34,657 bases of DNA from an uncultured Actinomycetes bacterium (GTDB lineage: Bacteria; Actinomycetota; Thermoleophilia; UBA2241), in assembly GCA_963709345.1 (NCBI GenBank), contig CAVPVX010000009.1, positions 1 through 34,657 on the forward strand, in the 5' to 3' direction. The notes under the pieces are model-generated. The model was not told where the DNA came from. It did no database searches and was given only the letters and a program-made list of their open reading frames with translations. The translations under genes were made by a program, and so were the position numbers. Positions 1-8,930 of this stretch are shown one piece after another. The number at the start of each line of letters is the position of its first letter. Position 1 is the first letter of the stretch.

Positions 1-91
1 GGAGCGCGTCCAGCTCGGCCAGGGCCTCGCGCGTTCGGCATCGCCGCACTCGACCACAAAACCGCTGCACCGTGCGGCAACCCGCGACGTT

Positions 92-119
92 TTGTCGCGC
101 GCGAGGCCGGTGATAGACT
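92..119 (+). promoter_or_regulatory. Candidate housekeeping (sigma70-type) promoter of the mttB-kamA operon
   Basis: TTGTCG (92-97), 16-nt spacer, then TAGACT (114-119) preceded by TGn. The same TGn-TAGACT occurs before tRNA-Asp. Confidence 0.45.
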
Positions 120-287
120 CCGGCCGTGCCTACCGCTTCCTCAATCAGCATAAGCACGATCAACCGCGCCTGCGGTCTGTAGGCCCTCCGTCCCCCCGGA
201 CGGGCCCCTTTGTGTGTCGCCGCGACGCCCGCCCGCTGACCGACTCATCGTCCTGACCTGTCGTCGGACTCCAGCGAGGTTGCCGCA

Positions 288-1754
288 ATGACCACCCGCA
301 TCAACCCCATTGCCCCCCGTCTCTGGTGGGACGTGCTCAATCCCAGCGAGCTCGAGCGCATCCACGAGGCGACGCTCGACGTGATGGAGAGCGTAGGCAT
401 CCGCTTCCCCAGCGAGAAGGCGCTCGACATCCTCGAAGAGAACGGCTGCGAGGTCGACCGCGCCACCCAGGTCGCCAGGCTGCCCCGCGCGGTCGTCATG
501 GAGGCCGTCTCGCAGGTGCCGGACAGTTACGTGCTCGCCGGCCGCGACCCCGACTGCGACATGCTCATCGACGGCAAGCACTGCTATCTGAGCAACGACG
601 GCTCGGGCGTCTTCGTCTTCGATCACGAGACGGGCGAGAAGCGCCCCAGCACCAAGGCGGATGCGGCGACCAGCGCCCGCTTCGTCGACGCGCTACCGAA
701 CATCAGCTACTACTGGGGCCCCGTCGTCACCAGCCGGGACGTGCCGCCGGCGACCAAGGCGCTGCACGACGCCGAGGCCGTGTTCACCAACACGAGCAAG
801 CACTTCCAGACGGTGACGACCGTCGGCGAGAAGCCCGCGCGCTACCTCGTCGAGATGGCGGCCGCCATCGTCGGCGGTACCGACAAGCTGCGCGAGCGGC
901 CGATCCTCAGCTTCATGCAGTGCGCCGTCGACCCGCTCGGCCACGACGGCCCCAACCTCGAGGCCAACCTGGTGGCCGCCGAGCACGGGCTGGCCAGCGG
1001 CTTCATGCCCATGCCTCTCGCGGCCGGCACCGGCCCGGCGACGCTGGCGGGCAACCTCGTCGTCCAGAACGCCGAGGCGCTCAGCGGCGTCGTGCTGCTT
1101 GAGCTGGCGTTCCCCGGCGTGCCCGCCTTCTTCGCCGGCGCTCCCAGCGTCATCGACCTCAAGACCGGCGGGTACACCGGCGGCTCGCCGGAGGACTACC
1201 TGCTCGCCGGCGCGTCCACCCAGCTCGCCCACTTCTACGGCGTGCCGATGGCTGTGGGCACCATGGCCACCGGGGCCAAGGAGCCCGACTGGCAGGCCGC
1301 CATCGACGACTCTCTCAGCACCTTCGCCGGCGTGATGACCAACGCCGACATGATGAACGGCGCCGGGCTGCTGAACGGCTCCAAGATCCTCAGCTACCCG
1401 CACATGGTCATGGAGACCGAGATCTACGGGATCATCCAGAAGGTCGCCGACGGGATCGTCGTGGACGACGAGACGCTGGCGCTCGACGTGATCAAGAAGG
1501 TGGGACCGAACGGTACCTACCTCTCCGAGAAGCACACGCGCCGGCACATGAAGGAGATCTGGCGCCCGAGCGTCTGGGATCGTACCCCGTACGACACTTG
1601 GCTGCGTGAGGGCAAGAATGGCGCCCTGGAGAAGGCGACGGAGATCGCCGCCGACATCCTTGCGAACTACCGGCCCGAACCGCTGCCGGACGATGTGATC
1701 AGAGAGCTGCGCGCGATCGTCGATCGCGCCGACAAGGAGTTGGTGGTCTCCTGA
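288..1754 (+). CDS. Trimethylamine methyltransferase (MttB) superfamily corrinoid methyltransferase, non-pyrrolysine
   Basis: 488 aa. N-terminal 'LNPSELERIHEATLDVMESVGIRF', 'PLAAGTGPATLAGNLVVQNAEALSG', 'AKEPDWQA', 'LALDVIKKVGPNGTYLSEKHT'. No in-frame amber codon. GAGG RBS. Confidence 0.9.
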   Translation: MTTRINPIAPRLWWDVLNPSELERIHEATLDVMESVGIRFPSEKALDILEENGCEVDRATQVARLPRAVVMEAVSQVPDSYVLAGRDPDCDMLIDGKHCYLSNDGSGVFVFDHETGEKRPSTKADAATSARFVDALPNISYYWGPVVTSRDVPPATKALHDAEAVFTNTSKHFQTVTTVGEKPARYLVEMAAAIVGGTDKLRERPILSFMQCAVDPLGHDGPNLEANLVAAEHGLASGFMPMPLAAGTGPATLAGNLVVQNAEALSGVVLLELAFPGVPAFFAGAPSVIDLKTGGYTGGSPEDYLLAGASTQLAHFYGVPMAVGTMATGAKEPDWQAAIDDSLSTFAGVMTNADMMNGAGLLNGSKILSYPHMVMETEIYGIIQKVADGIVVDDETLALDVIKKVGPNGTYLSEKHTRRHMKEIWRPSVWDRTPYDTWLREGKNGALEKATEIAADILANYRPEPLPDDVIRELRAIVDRADKELVVS

Positions 1755-1776
1755 TGCCCGCCATCGGTAGCCGCTG

Positions 1777-3216
1777 ATGCCCGCCGCCCGCCTCATCGTG
1801 TGGGACGATGCCGCCTGCTGGCGCGTCCACGAGGCGACGCTCGCGCTGCTGGAAGAGACCGGCGTCGAGGTGCGCCACCCCGGCGCTCGCGAGCTGCTGG
1901 CGGAGGCGGGCGCGCGCCTCGAAGGCACGCGCGCCCGCATCCCGGCCGCGATGGTCGATGCCGCCCTGCAGAGCGCGCCACGACGCTTCACGATCCAGGA
2001 ACGCGGCGCCTCCGCGGGGGGCGGCGGCCACGCCCGTCGCGGAGAGTTCGGCGGCCTCGACCTCAGGGACGGCAACAGCTATTTCGGCACGGGGTCGGAC
2101 TGCGTCTACGTCACCGACCCCGACTCCGGGGAGCGCCGGCAGAGCACGACCGTCGATGTCGAGGGCATGGCGGCCCTGGCCGAGAAGCTGCCCAACCTCG
2201 ACTTCGTCATGAGCATGGGGCTCCCGGGCGACGTGCCCGCCGCGGTCGGCGATCTGGCGCAGTTCGCGGCGATGCTGGCCGGCACGCGCAAACCGTTGCT
2301 GACCACGGCGCACGACGCGGTCTCCCTGCGCCGCATGCGTGACATGGCGGCCGTGTGCGGCGAAGCACGCAGCTTCGGCTGCTACGCGATGCCCAACCCG
2401 CCGCTGGTGCACAGCGAGGACGCCCTCGACAAGGTCCGCGGCTGTGCCGAACTGGAGATCCCCCTCATCTACGCGCCGGCCCCGGCGGCGGGCACCACGG
2501 CGCCCGCATCTCTGACCGCGACCATCGTGGTCGGCAACGCGGAGACGCTGAGCGGGCTCGTGGTTCATCAGCTGGTGAAGGCCGGCGCACCGTTCGTGTA
2601 CGGCGTCGGCTGCGGCGCCTTCGACATGCGTACCGCCGTGGACGTCTACGGCGCTCCCGAGCACTTCCTCGGCAACGCTGCGGCGACCGACCTCGCCAGG
2701 TTCTACGGCCTGCCGAGCTTCGCGTACGCGGCCGTGTCCGACGCCAAGTCGTTCGACGAGCAGTGGGCCGCCGAAGCCGGCATCACCGCGGTGCTTGGCG
2801 CCCTCAGCCGCGCCACGCTGCTGCACGACGTCGGGTATCTCGAGAGCGGGCTGCAGAGCAGCTACGAGACGATCGTGCTCGGCGACGAGCTGGTCGGCTA
2901 CGCTCGCGCCCTGCTCGTCGAGGTCGGCGTCGACGACGAAGCGCTGGCGCTGAACGAGATCGACGCGGTCGGCCCCGGCGGCAGTCACCTGGGACGGGGC
3001 TACACACGGATCCACCACCGCGACGCGTGGGCTCCGGCGTTGCTCGACAGGGCTGCGCACGACCGGTGGGCGGCAGCCGGCGCGACCACGCTCAGGGAGC
3101 GCGTCTTCGCCACGACCGAGGCTCTGCGGGCTGAGCCGCGCGCGTTCGCCCTGGAGGAATCGGTTCGCGAGCGGCTGAGCGCCGTGCTCGCCGAGGCGGA
3201 AGGGAGCGGCTCGTGA
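1777..3216 (+). CDS. MttB-superfamily corrinoid methyltransferase, non-pyrrolysine (paralog 2)
   Basis: 479 aa. 'RVHEATLALLEETGVEV', 'AGTTAPASLTATIVVGNAETLSGLV', 'SDAKSFDEQ', 'LHDVGYLESGLQSSYE', 'VGPGGSHL'. Confidence 0.88.
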   Translation: MPAARLIVWDDAACWRVHEATLALLEETGVEVRHPGARELLAEAGARLEGTRARIPAAMVDAALQSAPRRFTIQERGASAGGGGHARRGEFGGLDLRDGNSYFGTGSDCVYVTDPDSGERRQSTTVDVEGMAALAEKLPNLDFVMSMGLPGDVPAAVGDLAQFAAMLAGTRKPLLTTAHDAVSLRRMRDMAAVCGEARSFGCYAMPNPPLVHSEDALDKVRGCAELEIPLIYAPAPAAGTTAPASLTATIVVGNAETLSGLVVHQLVKAGAPFVYGVGCGAFDMRTAVDVYGAPEHFLGNAAATDLARFYGLPSFAYAAVSDAKSFDEQWAAEAGITAVLGALSRATLLHDVGYLESGLQSSYETIVLGDELVGYARALLVEVGVDDEALALNEIDAVGPGGSHLGRGYTRIHHRDAWAPALLDRAAHDRWAAAGATTLRERVFATTEALRAEPRAFALEESVRERLSAVLAEAEGSGS

Positions 3217-4625
3217 GCGATCCGACCATGGCGGGCGGAGCGGTGGCGCCGCACCCGATCATGACGTCACCGGCGCGGCTCGCGCTGCGTGTGCTCGGTG
3301 ACGACGACGTGGTGCGCCTTCACGCGGCCGCGCTCGAGCTTCTCGGCGCCGAGGCCGCCGCAGCTGAGGCCGCGGCTGTGTCGGCGCCGAGCAGCTTTGT
3401 CCTGGCCGGCCGCGTCCCCGAGCACGACCTGACCGTCGGCGACGGCCGCGTCTGGCTGGCGGCCGGTGTCGCCACGGCCGGACCGGGCGGCGTCCCCGCC
3501 CGCGTGCGGCCCCTCGTCGGTGGCGATCCGGTACAGGCCACTGCCGCCGACCTCGACGTCGCCTGCCGCCTGGCCGACGCACTGCCCGAGGTCGCCGTCG
3601 TCGCCGGTCCGCCCGTGCGCGCTGTCGGCGAGACGCCGCTCGGGGAGCTGGCACGCTGCTTCGCCGGCACGAGCAAGCACGTGCTGTGCGGGACGCTGAC
3701 TACCGCCGGTCAGGCGGAGGCGGCTCTCGCCATGGCCGCTGCGGTCGCCGGCTCCGAGGCCGAGCGCCGCCGCCGCCCGCCTCTGTCGCTCTGCGCCGTC
3801 GCCGATGGTCTGGATGCGGCGCTCGTCTTCGCGCACGCCGGCCTGCCGGTGGCGCTGATCGTGCCGCCGGCCGTCGCCGCGCGGGCGCCCTCAGTGCCCG
3901 CAACGGCAGGCACGCCCGTCTCGGCGGCGGGTGCGCCGTCGGGTCTCGCCGCCGCTCTTGTGCGGCACCACGCCGGCGCGCTGGCCGGCTGCGCGGCGGT
4001 GCAGGCGGCGGCTCCCGGCGCGCGGTTCCTGTATCCTGCCGATCCGGCAGCCTTCGGCCTGCCCGCGGCCGGTCCGGTGGCGGCGCTGTTCCAGCTCGGG
4101 GCGGCCCAGCTGGCCGCCCACGTCGGTCTCCCGCTCGTCGCCGCCGGCATGCGCACGGCCAGTCACGAGCCCGACTGGCAGGCGTCCACGCAGGATGCCT
4201 TCGCCTCGTTCTGCACGACCGCCGCGGGGGTCGCCGTCACCGCCGGCGCCGGCACCCTCAGCGCCGGCACCGCCTTCAGTCCGCAGCAACTGGCCATGGA
4301 CGCGGAGGTCTTCAGCTGGAACGCGAGGATCTCCCTCGGCATCGACGTCCAAGATGAGAGCATCGCGTTGGATACGATCAAGCAGGTGGGCATCGGGGGC
4401 AACTACCTCGGCCAGCGCCACACACGCAGGCACATGAAGGACGTCTGGCGACCGCGCCTGCTCGACCGTAGCATGTGGGATGCGTGGATCGCCTCCGGTA
4501 AGGAAGGCGCCTACGAAAAGGCCACCGGCATCGTGGATGGGCTGCTCGCCGGGCACGAGGTCGTGCCGCTCGGCGACGAGGTCAGCGGCATGCTCGAGCG
4601 TATCGCCGCCGAAGCCGGGCTCTAG
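3213..4625 (+). CDS. Degenerate MttB-family protein (paralog 3), possible pseudoenzyme
   Basis: 470 aa, GTGA-coupled to paralog 2. The C-terminal ~150 aa are MttB-like ('HEPDWQAS', 'IALDTIKQVGIGGNYLGQRHTRRHMKDVWRP'). The central region is Ala/Pro-rich and poorly conserved. Confidence 0.8.
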   Translation: MSDPTMAGGAVAPHPIMTSPARLALRVLGDDDVVRLHAAALELLGAEAAAAEAAAVSAPSSFVLAGRVPEHDLTVGDGRVWLAAGVATAGPGGVPARVRPLVGGDPVQATAADLDVACRLADALPEVAVVAGPPVRAVGETPLGELARCFAGTSKHVLCGTLTTAGQAEAALAMAAAVAGSEAERRRRPPLSLCAVADGLDAALVFAHAGLPVALIVPPAVAARAPSVPATAGTPVSAAGAPSGLAAALVRHHAGALAGCAAVQAAAPGARFLYPADPAAFGLPAAGPVAALFQLGAAQLAAHVGLPLVAAGMRTASHEPDWQASTQDAFASFCTTAAGVAVTAGAGTLSAGTAFSPQQLAMDAEVFSWNARISLGIDVQDESIALDTIKQVGIGGNYLGQRHTRRHMKDVWRPRLLDRSMWDAWIASGKEGAYEKATGIVDGLLAGHEVVPLGDEVSGMLERIAAEAGL

Positions 4626-4648
4626 AGACCCGGCATCACACCGCTTGC

Positions 4649-4671
4649 GCGGCGGGTCTACGGCCCGCCGC
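4649..4671 (+). other. Intergenic GC-rich stem-loop between mttB3 and kamA
   Basis: GCGGCGGG(TC)-TAC-(GG)CCCGCCGC inverted repeat with no U-tract. Possible mRNA stabiliser or attenuator. Confidence 0.4.
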
Positions 4672-4727
4672 TACCACCAGGACCAGGGACCGTGGGACGC
4701 AGGGGCCCCGCGAGAAGGAGACGGACA

Positions 4728-6023
4728 GTGATCAGAGACCGCAAGGACATACCGCTCTTCCGAGATGTGAGCGACGCCGACTGGAGCGACTACCGCTGGC
4801 AGCTCCGCAACCGGCTGAACACCACCGACGACTTCGCGCAGGTGCTCGATCTCGACGACAAGCAGCGCGCCGACCTCGACGCCTGCATGGGCAAGTTCCG
4901 CGTCAGCGTGACCCCGTACTACGCTTCCCTCATGGATCCGGACGACCCGACCTGTCCGGTGCGCATGCAGGGCGTGGCGACGACCGCTGAGCTTGTCATC
5001 CGTACGGAGGACGTCAAGGATGCCATCTCCGAGGACTTCGACTCACCGACGCCGCGCATCACGCACCGCTACCCGGACCGTGTGCTCTTCCTGGTCACGG
5101 ACATGTGCAGCATGTACTGCCGGCACTGTACGCGCAGGCGTCTGGTGGGTGGCTCCGAGGATATCGTCGCCAAGACGGAGATCGACAACGCGATCAAGTA
5201 CATCGAGCGCGCCACCGAGGTCCGCGACGTGCTCATCAGCGGCGGTGACCCGCTCACGCTGTCGGACGACAAGCTGGAGGACATCATCCGGCGCGTGCGC
5301 GCGATCGACCACGTCGAGATCATCCGCATCGGCTCGCGCATGCCCGTCGTCTGCCCGCAGCGCGTCACGCCGGAGCTCGTCGCCATGCTGAGCAAGTATC
5401 ACCCCCTGTACTTCAACACCCACTTCAACCACCCGAAGGAATTCACGCCCGAGAGCAAGCTCGCCTGCGACCGGCTGAACGACGCCGGCATCCCGATGGG
5501 CAACCAGACCGTCCTCATGCGCGGCATCAACGACTGCGCCAAGGTGATGAAGAAGCTCTCGCACAGGCTGCTCGAGTACCGCGTCAAGCCGTACTACTAC
5601 TACCAGTGCGACCTCGCCGAAGGCACGGCCCACTTCCGTACCAGCGTGGCTAAGGGCATCGAGATCTACGAGAGTCTACGCGGCCACACCACGGGTTTCG
5701 GCGTGCCGACCTACATCATCGACGCCATCGGCGGTGGCGGGAAGACGCCGGTGTACCCCAACTACGTGATCAGCCAGGCGCCCGGCCAGATCATCCTGCG
5801 CAACTACGAGGGTGTGATCAGCAAGTACACGGAACCCGACGACTACGTCGAAGGCCAGTGTCACTGCCCGGACTGCGAGGATGAGCGAACGCGCCTCGGC
5901 GTGGCCGGCATGTTCGACGAGGGCCACGGCCCCACGCTGAACGAGGTGTGGGATGCCCGGATGCAGAAGGTCGTCGACCGCAAGAACCGTATGGCCGACA
6001 TCTTCGGGCCGACCGGGGTCTGA
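4728..6023 (+). CDS. kamA: Lysine 2,3-aminomutase (radical SAM, PLP)
   Basis: CSMYCRHC radical-SAM motif, 'THRYPDRVLFLVTD', 'DVLISGGDPL', PLP Lys in 'DAIGGGGKTPV', Zn ligands 'NDC' plus 'CHCPDC'. Lysine-type acidic residues in 'YQCD' and 'YIIDA'. GTG start at 4728 after AAGGAG. Confidence 0.92.
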   Translation: MIRDRKDIPLFRDVSDADWSDYRWQLRNRLNTTDDFAQVLDLDDKQRADLDACMGKFRVSVTPYYASLMDPDDPTCPVRMQGVATTAELVIRTEDVKDAISEDFDSPTPRITHRYPDRVLFLVTDMCSMYCRHCTRRRLVGGSEDIVAKTEIDNAIKYIERATEVRDVLISGGDPLTLSDDKLEDIIRRVRAIDHVEIIRIGSRMPVVCPQRVTPELVAMLSKYHPLYFNTHFNHPKEFTPESKLACDRLNDAGIPMGNQTVLMRGINDCAKVMKKLSHRLLEYRVKPYYYYQCDLAEGTAHFRTSVAKGIEIYESLRGHTTGFGVPTYIIDAIGGGGKTPVYPNYVISQAPGQIILRNYEGVISKYTEPDDYVEGQCHCPDCEDERTRLGVAGMFDEGHGPTLNEVWDARMQKVVDRKNRMADIFGPTGV

Positions 6024-6148
6024 GGGAGGACGGACCGGGGTACGACCGGAAGGTATCGCGTCGCGGCGTGAGCCGGCGGCGCGTCGGGCCGGCCGGCCGG
6101 GCTGCTCGACGAACTCTCGTCATCCGCCCTGAGTCCTAAGGAGAGAAC

Positions 6149-7933
6149 GTGCCAAAGGTATTCGTCGAGCCCATCGGGCTGACTCTGGAAGTGAGCGAGG
6201 AGGAGAACCTCCTCGACTGTCTCGTGCGCGCGTCCATCGACATCCCCACCGACTGCGCGGGGCGCGGCACCTGCGGGAAGTGCCTGGTGCGGCTCGGCTC
6301 GGGCGAGCTCACGGAGCCGACAGAGCGCGAGCTCAAGCGCATACCCGAGAAGCTGCGCGCCGAGGGCTGGCGCCTGGCTTGCCAGGCGTACCCCCGCTCG
6401 GCGCGCGTCAGCATCGAGGTGCGGGGCACGGCCGGGCAACGACGGATCCTGACGACGTCCAAGATCCATCACGGAGCCGCGCACCCCGCGGTCGTGACCG
6501 AGACCCTGGAGCTTGAGCCGCCGACGCTCGAGGACAAGCGCTCCGACCTGGAGCGCTTCGACGAGGCTCTCGGCGGTGTCGAGGTCCCGCTCTCGGTGCT
6601 CGAGTGCCTGCCGTCGACCTTGCGTGAGGGCAGGTGGAAGGTCACCGCGACGCTCTACGGCAAACGCGTCCTCGACGTGCGCGCCGGCGCCACCGAACAG
6701 GATCTCTACGGGGTGGCCGTCGATATCGGCACCTCCAAGGTCATCGCCTATCTCTTCGACCTTCGCAGCGGCGTTCTCATCGACCAGGAGGCCATCGAGA
6801 ACCCGCAGATGCGGTACGGCGAGGACGTGATCAGCCGGATCGCCCAGGCCGGGCAGTGCGACAAGAGCGCGTCCCTGGCTCACGCGGTCCGCGAAGGGAT
6901 CAACGTGGACCTCGCGGCGCTGTACGAGCGCCAGGACATCGACCCCAGGGACGTCTACGACATGACGGTGGTCGGCAACACTGCGATGCACCATCTCGCG
7001 CTCGGTCTTTCGCCCGTCGGGCTGGGTCAGGCGCCGTTCGCGCCGGCGGCGGCCGAGCCGCTCACGCTGCGCGCGAGTGAGCTCGGCATCAACATCAACC
7101 CGGGCGGCGGCGTCCACTTCCCGCCGCCGATCGCCGGTTTTGTCGGCTCGGATGCCCTGGCGGTGATCGCCGCCACGCGACTCGCCGGCAAGAAGCGGCC
7201 CTCGATGGCGATCGACATCGGCACCAACACCGAGATCGCCCTCGCCCACGACGGCCGCGTGACGGTGACGAGCTGCGCCTCCGGCCCCGCCTTCGAGGGC
7301 TACCAGATCCGCAACGGGATGAAGGCCGTGGCCGGCGCCATCGAGCGCGTCAAAATCACCCGCAAGGGCGAGCCGACCGACATCCAGACGATCGCTGCCG
7401 CCGATCCCATCGGGATCTGCGGTTCGGGGGTGGTCGACCTGCTCGCGGGTCTCGTCCACGCCGGCGTCGTCGACAAGAGCGGGCGCATGCAGGAGCACCC
7501 GCGCGTGCGCAGAGGCGAAGAGGGTCTTGAGTACCTGCTCGCGGAGGGGCGGCACGGCGACATCGTCTTCACCCAGCACGATGTGCGCAGCCTTCAGCTC
7601 GCAAAGGGCGCCATCCACAGTGGCTGGGAACTGCTGCTCGAGACCCTGAACGTGCCGATCGAGGAGCTTGATCGCGTCTACATCGCCGGCGCGTTCGGCA
7701 ACTACCTCGACCTCGGCGCCGCCCAGTATCTCGGCCTCTTCCCGCCGGTCCCGACGAAGCGCGTCGGGTTCGTCGGCAACGCCGCCGGCGTGGGCGCCCA
7801 GATGGCTCTCATCGACGTGCGCGCGAGGAAGCGGATGGCGCGCCTCCGGGAGCGCATCGAGTTCCTCGACCTGGCCACCGACAAGCGTTTCCTGGATGTC
7901 TTCGCCGGCCGCCTCGGCTTCGCCGGCGACTGA
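6149..7933 (+). CDS. ATP-dependent reductive activator of corrinoid proteins (RamA/RACE/DUF4445; 2Fe-2S ferredoxin + ASKHA)
   Basis: N-terminal 'CAGRGTCGKC...RLACQ' [2Fe-2S] motif. ASKHA motifs 'DIGTS', 'YGEDVISRI', 'DIGTNTE', 'SGPAFEG', 'GICGSG', 'AGAFG'. AAGGAG RBS. Confidence 0.92.
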   Translation: MPKVFVEPIGLTLEVSEEENLLDCLVRASIDIPTDCAGRGTCGKCLVRLGSGELTEPTERELKRIPEKLRAEGWRLACQAYPRSARVSIEVRGTAGQRRILTTSKIHHGAAHPAVVTETLELEPPTLEDKRSDLERFDEALGGVEVPLSVLECLPSTLREGRWKVTATLYGKRVLDVRAGATEQDLYGVAVDIGTSKVIAYLFDLRSGVLIDQEAIENPQMRYGEDVISRIAQAGQCDKSASLAHAVREGINVDLAALYERQDIDPRDVYDMTVVGNTAMHHLALGLSPVGLGQAPFAPAAAEPLTLRASELGININPGGGVHFPPPIAGFVGSDALAVIAATRLAGKKRPSMAIDIGTNTEIALAHDGRVTVTSCASGPAFEGYQIRNGMKAVAGAIERVKITRKGEPTDIQTIAAADPIGICGSGVVDLLAGLVHAGVVDKSGRMQEHPRVRRGEEGLEYLLAEGRHGDIVFTQHDVRSLQLAKGAIHSGWELLLETLNVPIEELDRVYIAGAFGNYLDLGAAQYLGLFPPVPTKRVGFVGNAAGVGAQMALIDVRARKRMARLRERIEFLDLATDKRFLDVFAGRLGFAGD

Positions 7934-8930
7934 CCGGCGCAGCGAACCCGGCGAGGGGGGCGCCGCGGGCGCACCCCTCAGTGGACCTCACGGCGGACCC
8001 GGCGCGGGCGGCGCGGGCCCCGCGCCTGATCGCCGGGTCCGCGGCTACACAGAGATCGCCGTCGCATCGCTGATCCTGGGCACATCCGCGACGCTGATCC
8101 AGATTGCGACGATGCCGTCCAGCCTGCTGGTCGTGCTGCGCATGGCGCTGGCCGGCGTCGTCCTCGGAGCGCTGTTTCTCAAGACCGGCGGTATCGACGA
8201 GGTGCGCCGCTCGGGTCACTTCCGCCGCATGGTGCTCGTGGGCTTCGTGGTTGCTCTCGAGCTCATCTTCTACTTCACATCCATCCGCATGGCCAACGTG
8301 ACCGTGGCCGTCTCGCTCGAGTACACGGCGCCGGTGTTCGTCGCGCTGCTGGCGCCGTGGGTGCTGCGCACGCGGCGCCAGACCGTCGACATGGTCGCCG
8401 TCGGGGTGGCCGTGGGCGGTATGGCCCTCCTGGTGCTGCCGGGGCTGGCGCTCGGAGAGGGCCGTACGAGCATCCCCGGCGTCGTGTTCGGTCTTCTCGC
8501 CGGGCTCATGTTCGCGACCGCGATGATGCTCATCAAGAGCATGGGCACGGAGGTGCGGGGCTCCACCTTCGCGCTGTCCTTCTGCCTCGGCAGCGTCATC
8601 CTGCTGACGCCGCTGGCGGTGTGGCAGACGATCACCACGGGTTACCAGCTCACGTGGACGGACACGTGGATCGTGATCGTCAGCGGGCTGATCTACACGG
8701 CCCTGTGCTTCAGCCTCTTCACCGACGGCATCCGCTACGTTCGCGTCGAGCACGCCGGCATCCTGGGGTACATTGAGCCGGTGACGTCGCCGCTGTGGGC
8801 GTTCCTGCTCATCGGTGAGAGCCCGCCGTGGACGACGTTCGCCGGTGGAGCGCTGATCGTTATTGCCGGGATCCTCGTCATCGTCTTCGGCAAGGGTGCG
8901 GCCGAGCCGCTGATCGAGCCCATCACATGA
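7896..8930 (+). CDS. EamA/DMT family transporter 1
   Basis: About 10 hydrophobic segments, 'LEYTAPVF', 'RVEHAGILGYIEPV'. Start uncertain: the nearest in-frame ATG (7896) overlaps the ramA-like gene. Confidence 0.85.
   Translation: MSSPAASASPATDRRSEPGEGGAAGAPLSGPHGGPGAGGAGPAPDRRVRGYTEIAVASLILGTSATLIQIATMPSSLLVVLRMALAGVVLGALFLKTGGIDEVRRSGHFRRMVLVGFVVALELIFYFTSIRMANVTVAVSLEYTAPVFVALLAPWVLRTRRQTVDMVAVGVAVGGMALLVLPGLALGEGRTSIPGVVFGLLAGLMFATAMMLIKSMGTEVRGSTFALSFCLGSVILLTPLAVWQTITTGYQLTWTDTWIVIVSGLIYTALCFSLFTDGIRYVRVEHAGILGYIEPVTSPLWAFLLIGESPPWTTFAGGALIVIAGILVIVFGKGAAEPLIEPIT

Noticed and set aside
1-49. Start of a divergent gene on the minus strand ('TREALAELDAL')
   Set aside because: Too short at the window edge, with no clear RBS, so it cannot be supported.
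288-4625. Pyrrolysine (amber) readthrough in the mttB genes
   Set aside because: No internal TAG. The TAG at 4623-4625 falls at the normal C-terminal end of the protein.
4728-6023. Glutamate 2,3-aminomutase, EpmB, or AblA for N-acetyl-beta-lysine osmolyte synthesis
   Set aside because: Lysine-type Asp residues and the Zn site are present. No efp/epmA or ablB acetyltransferase lies nearby, whereas kce does.
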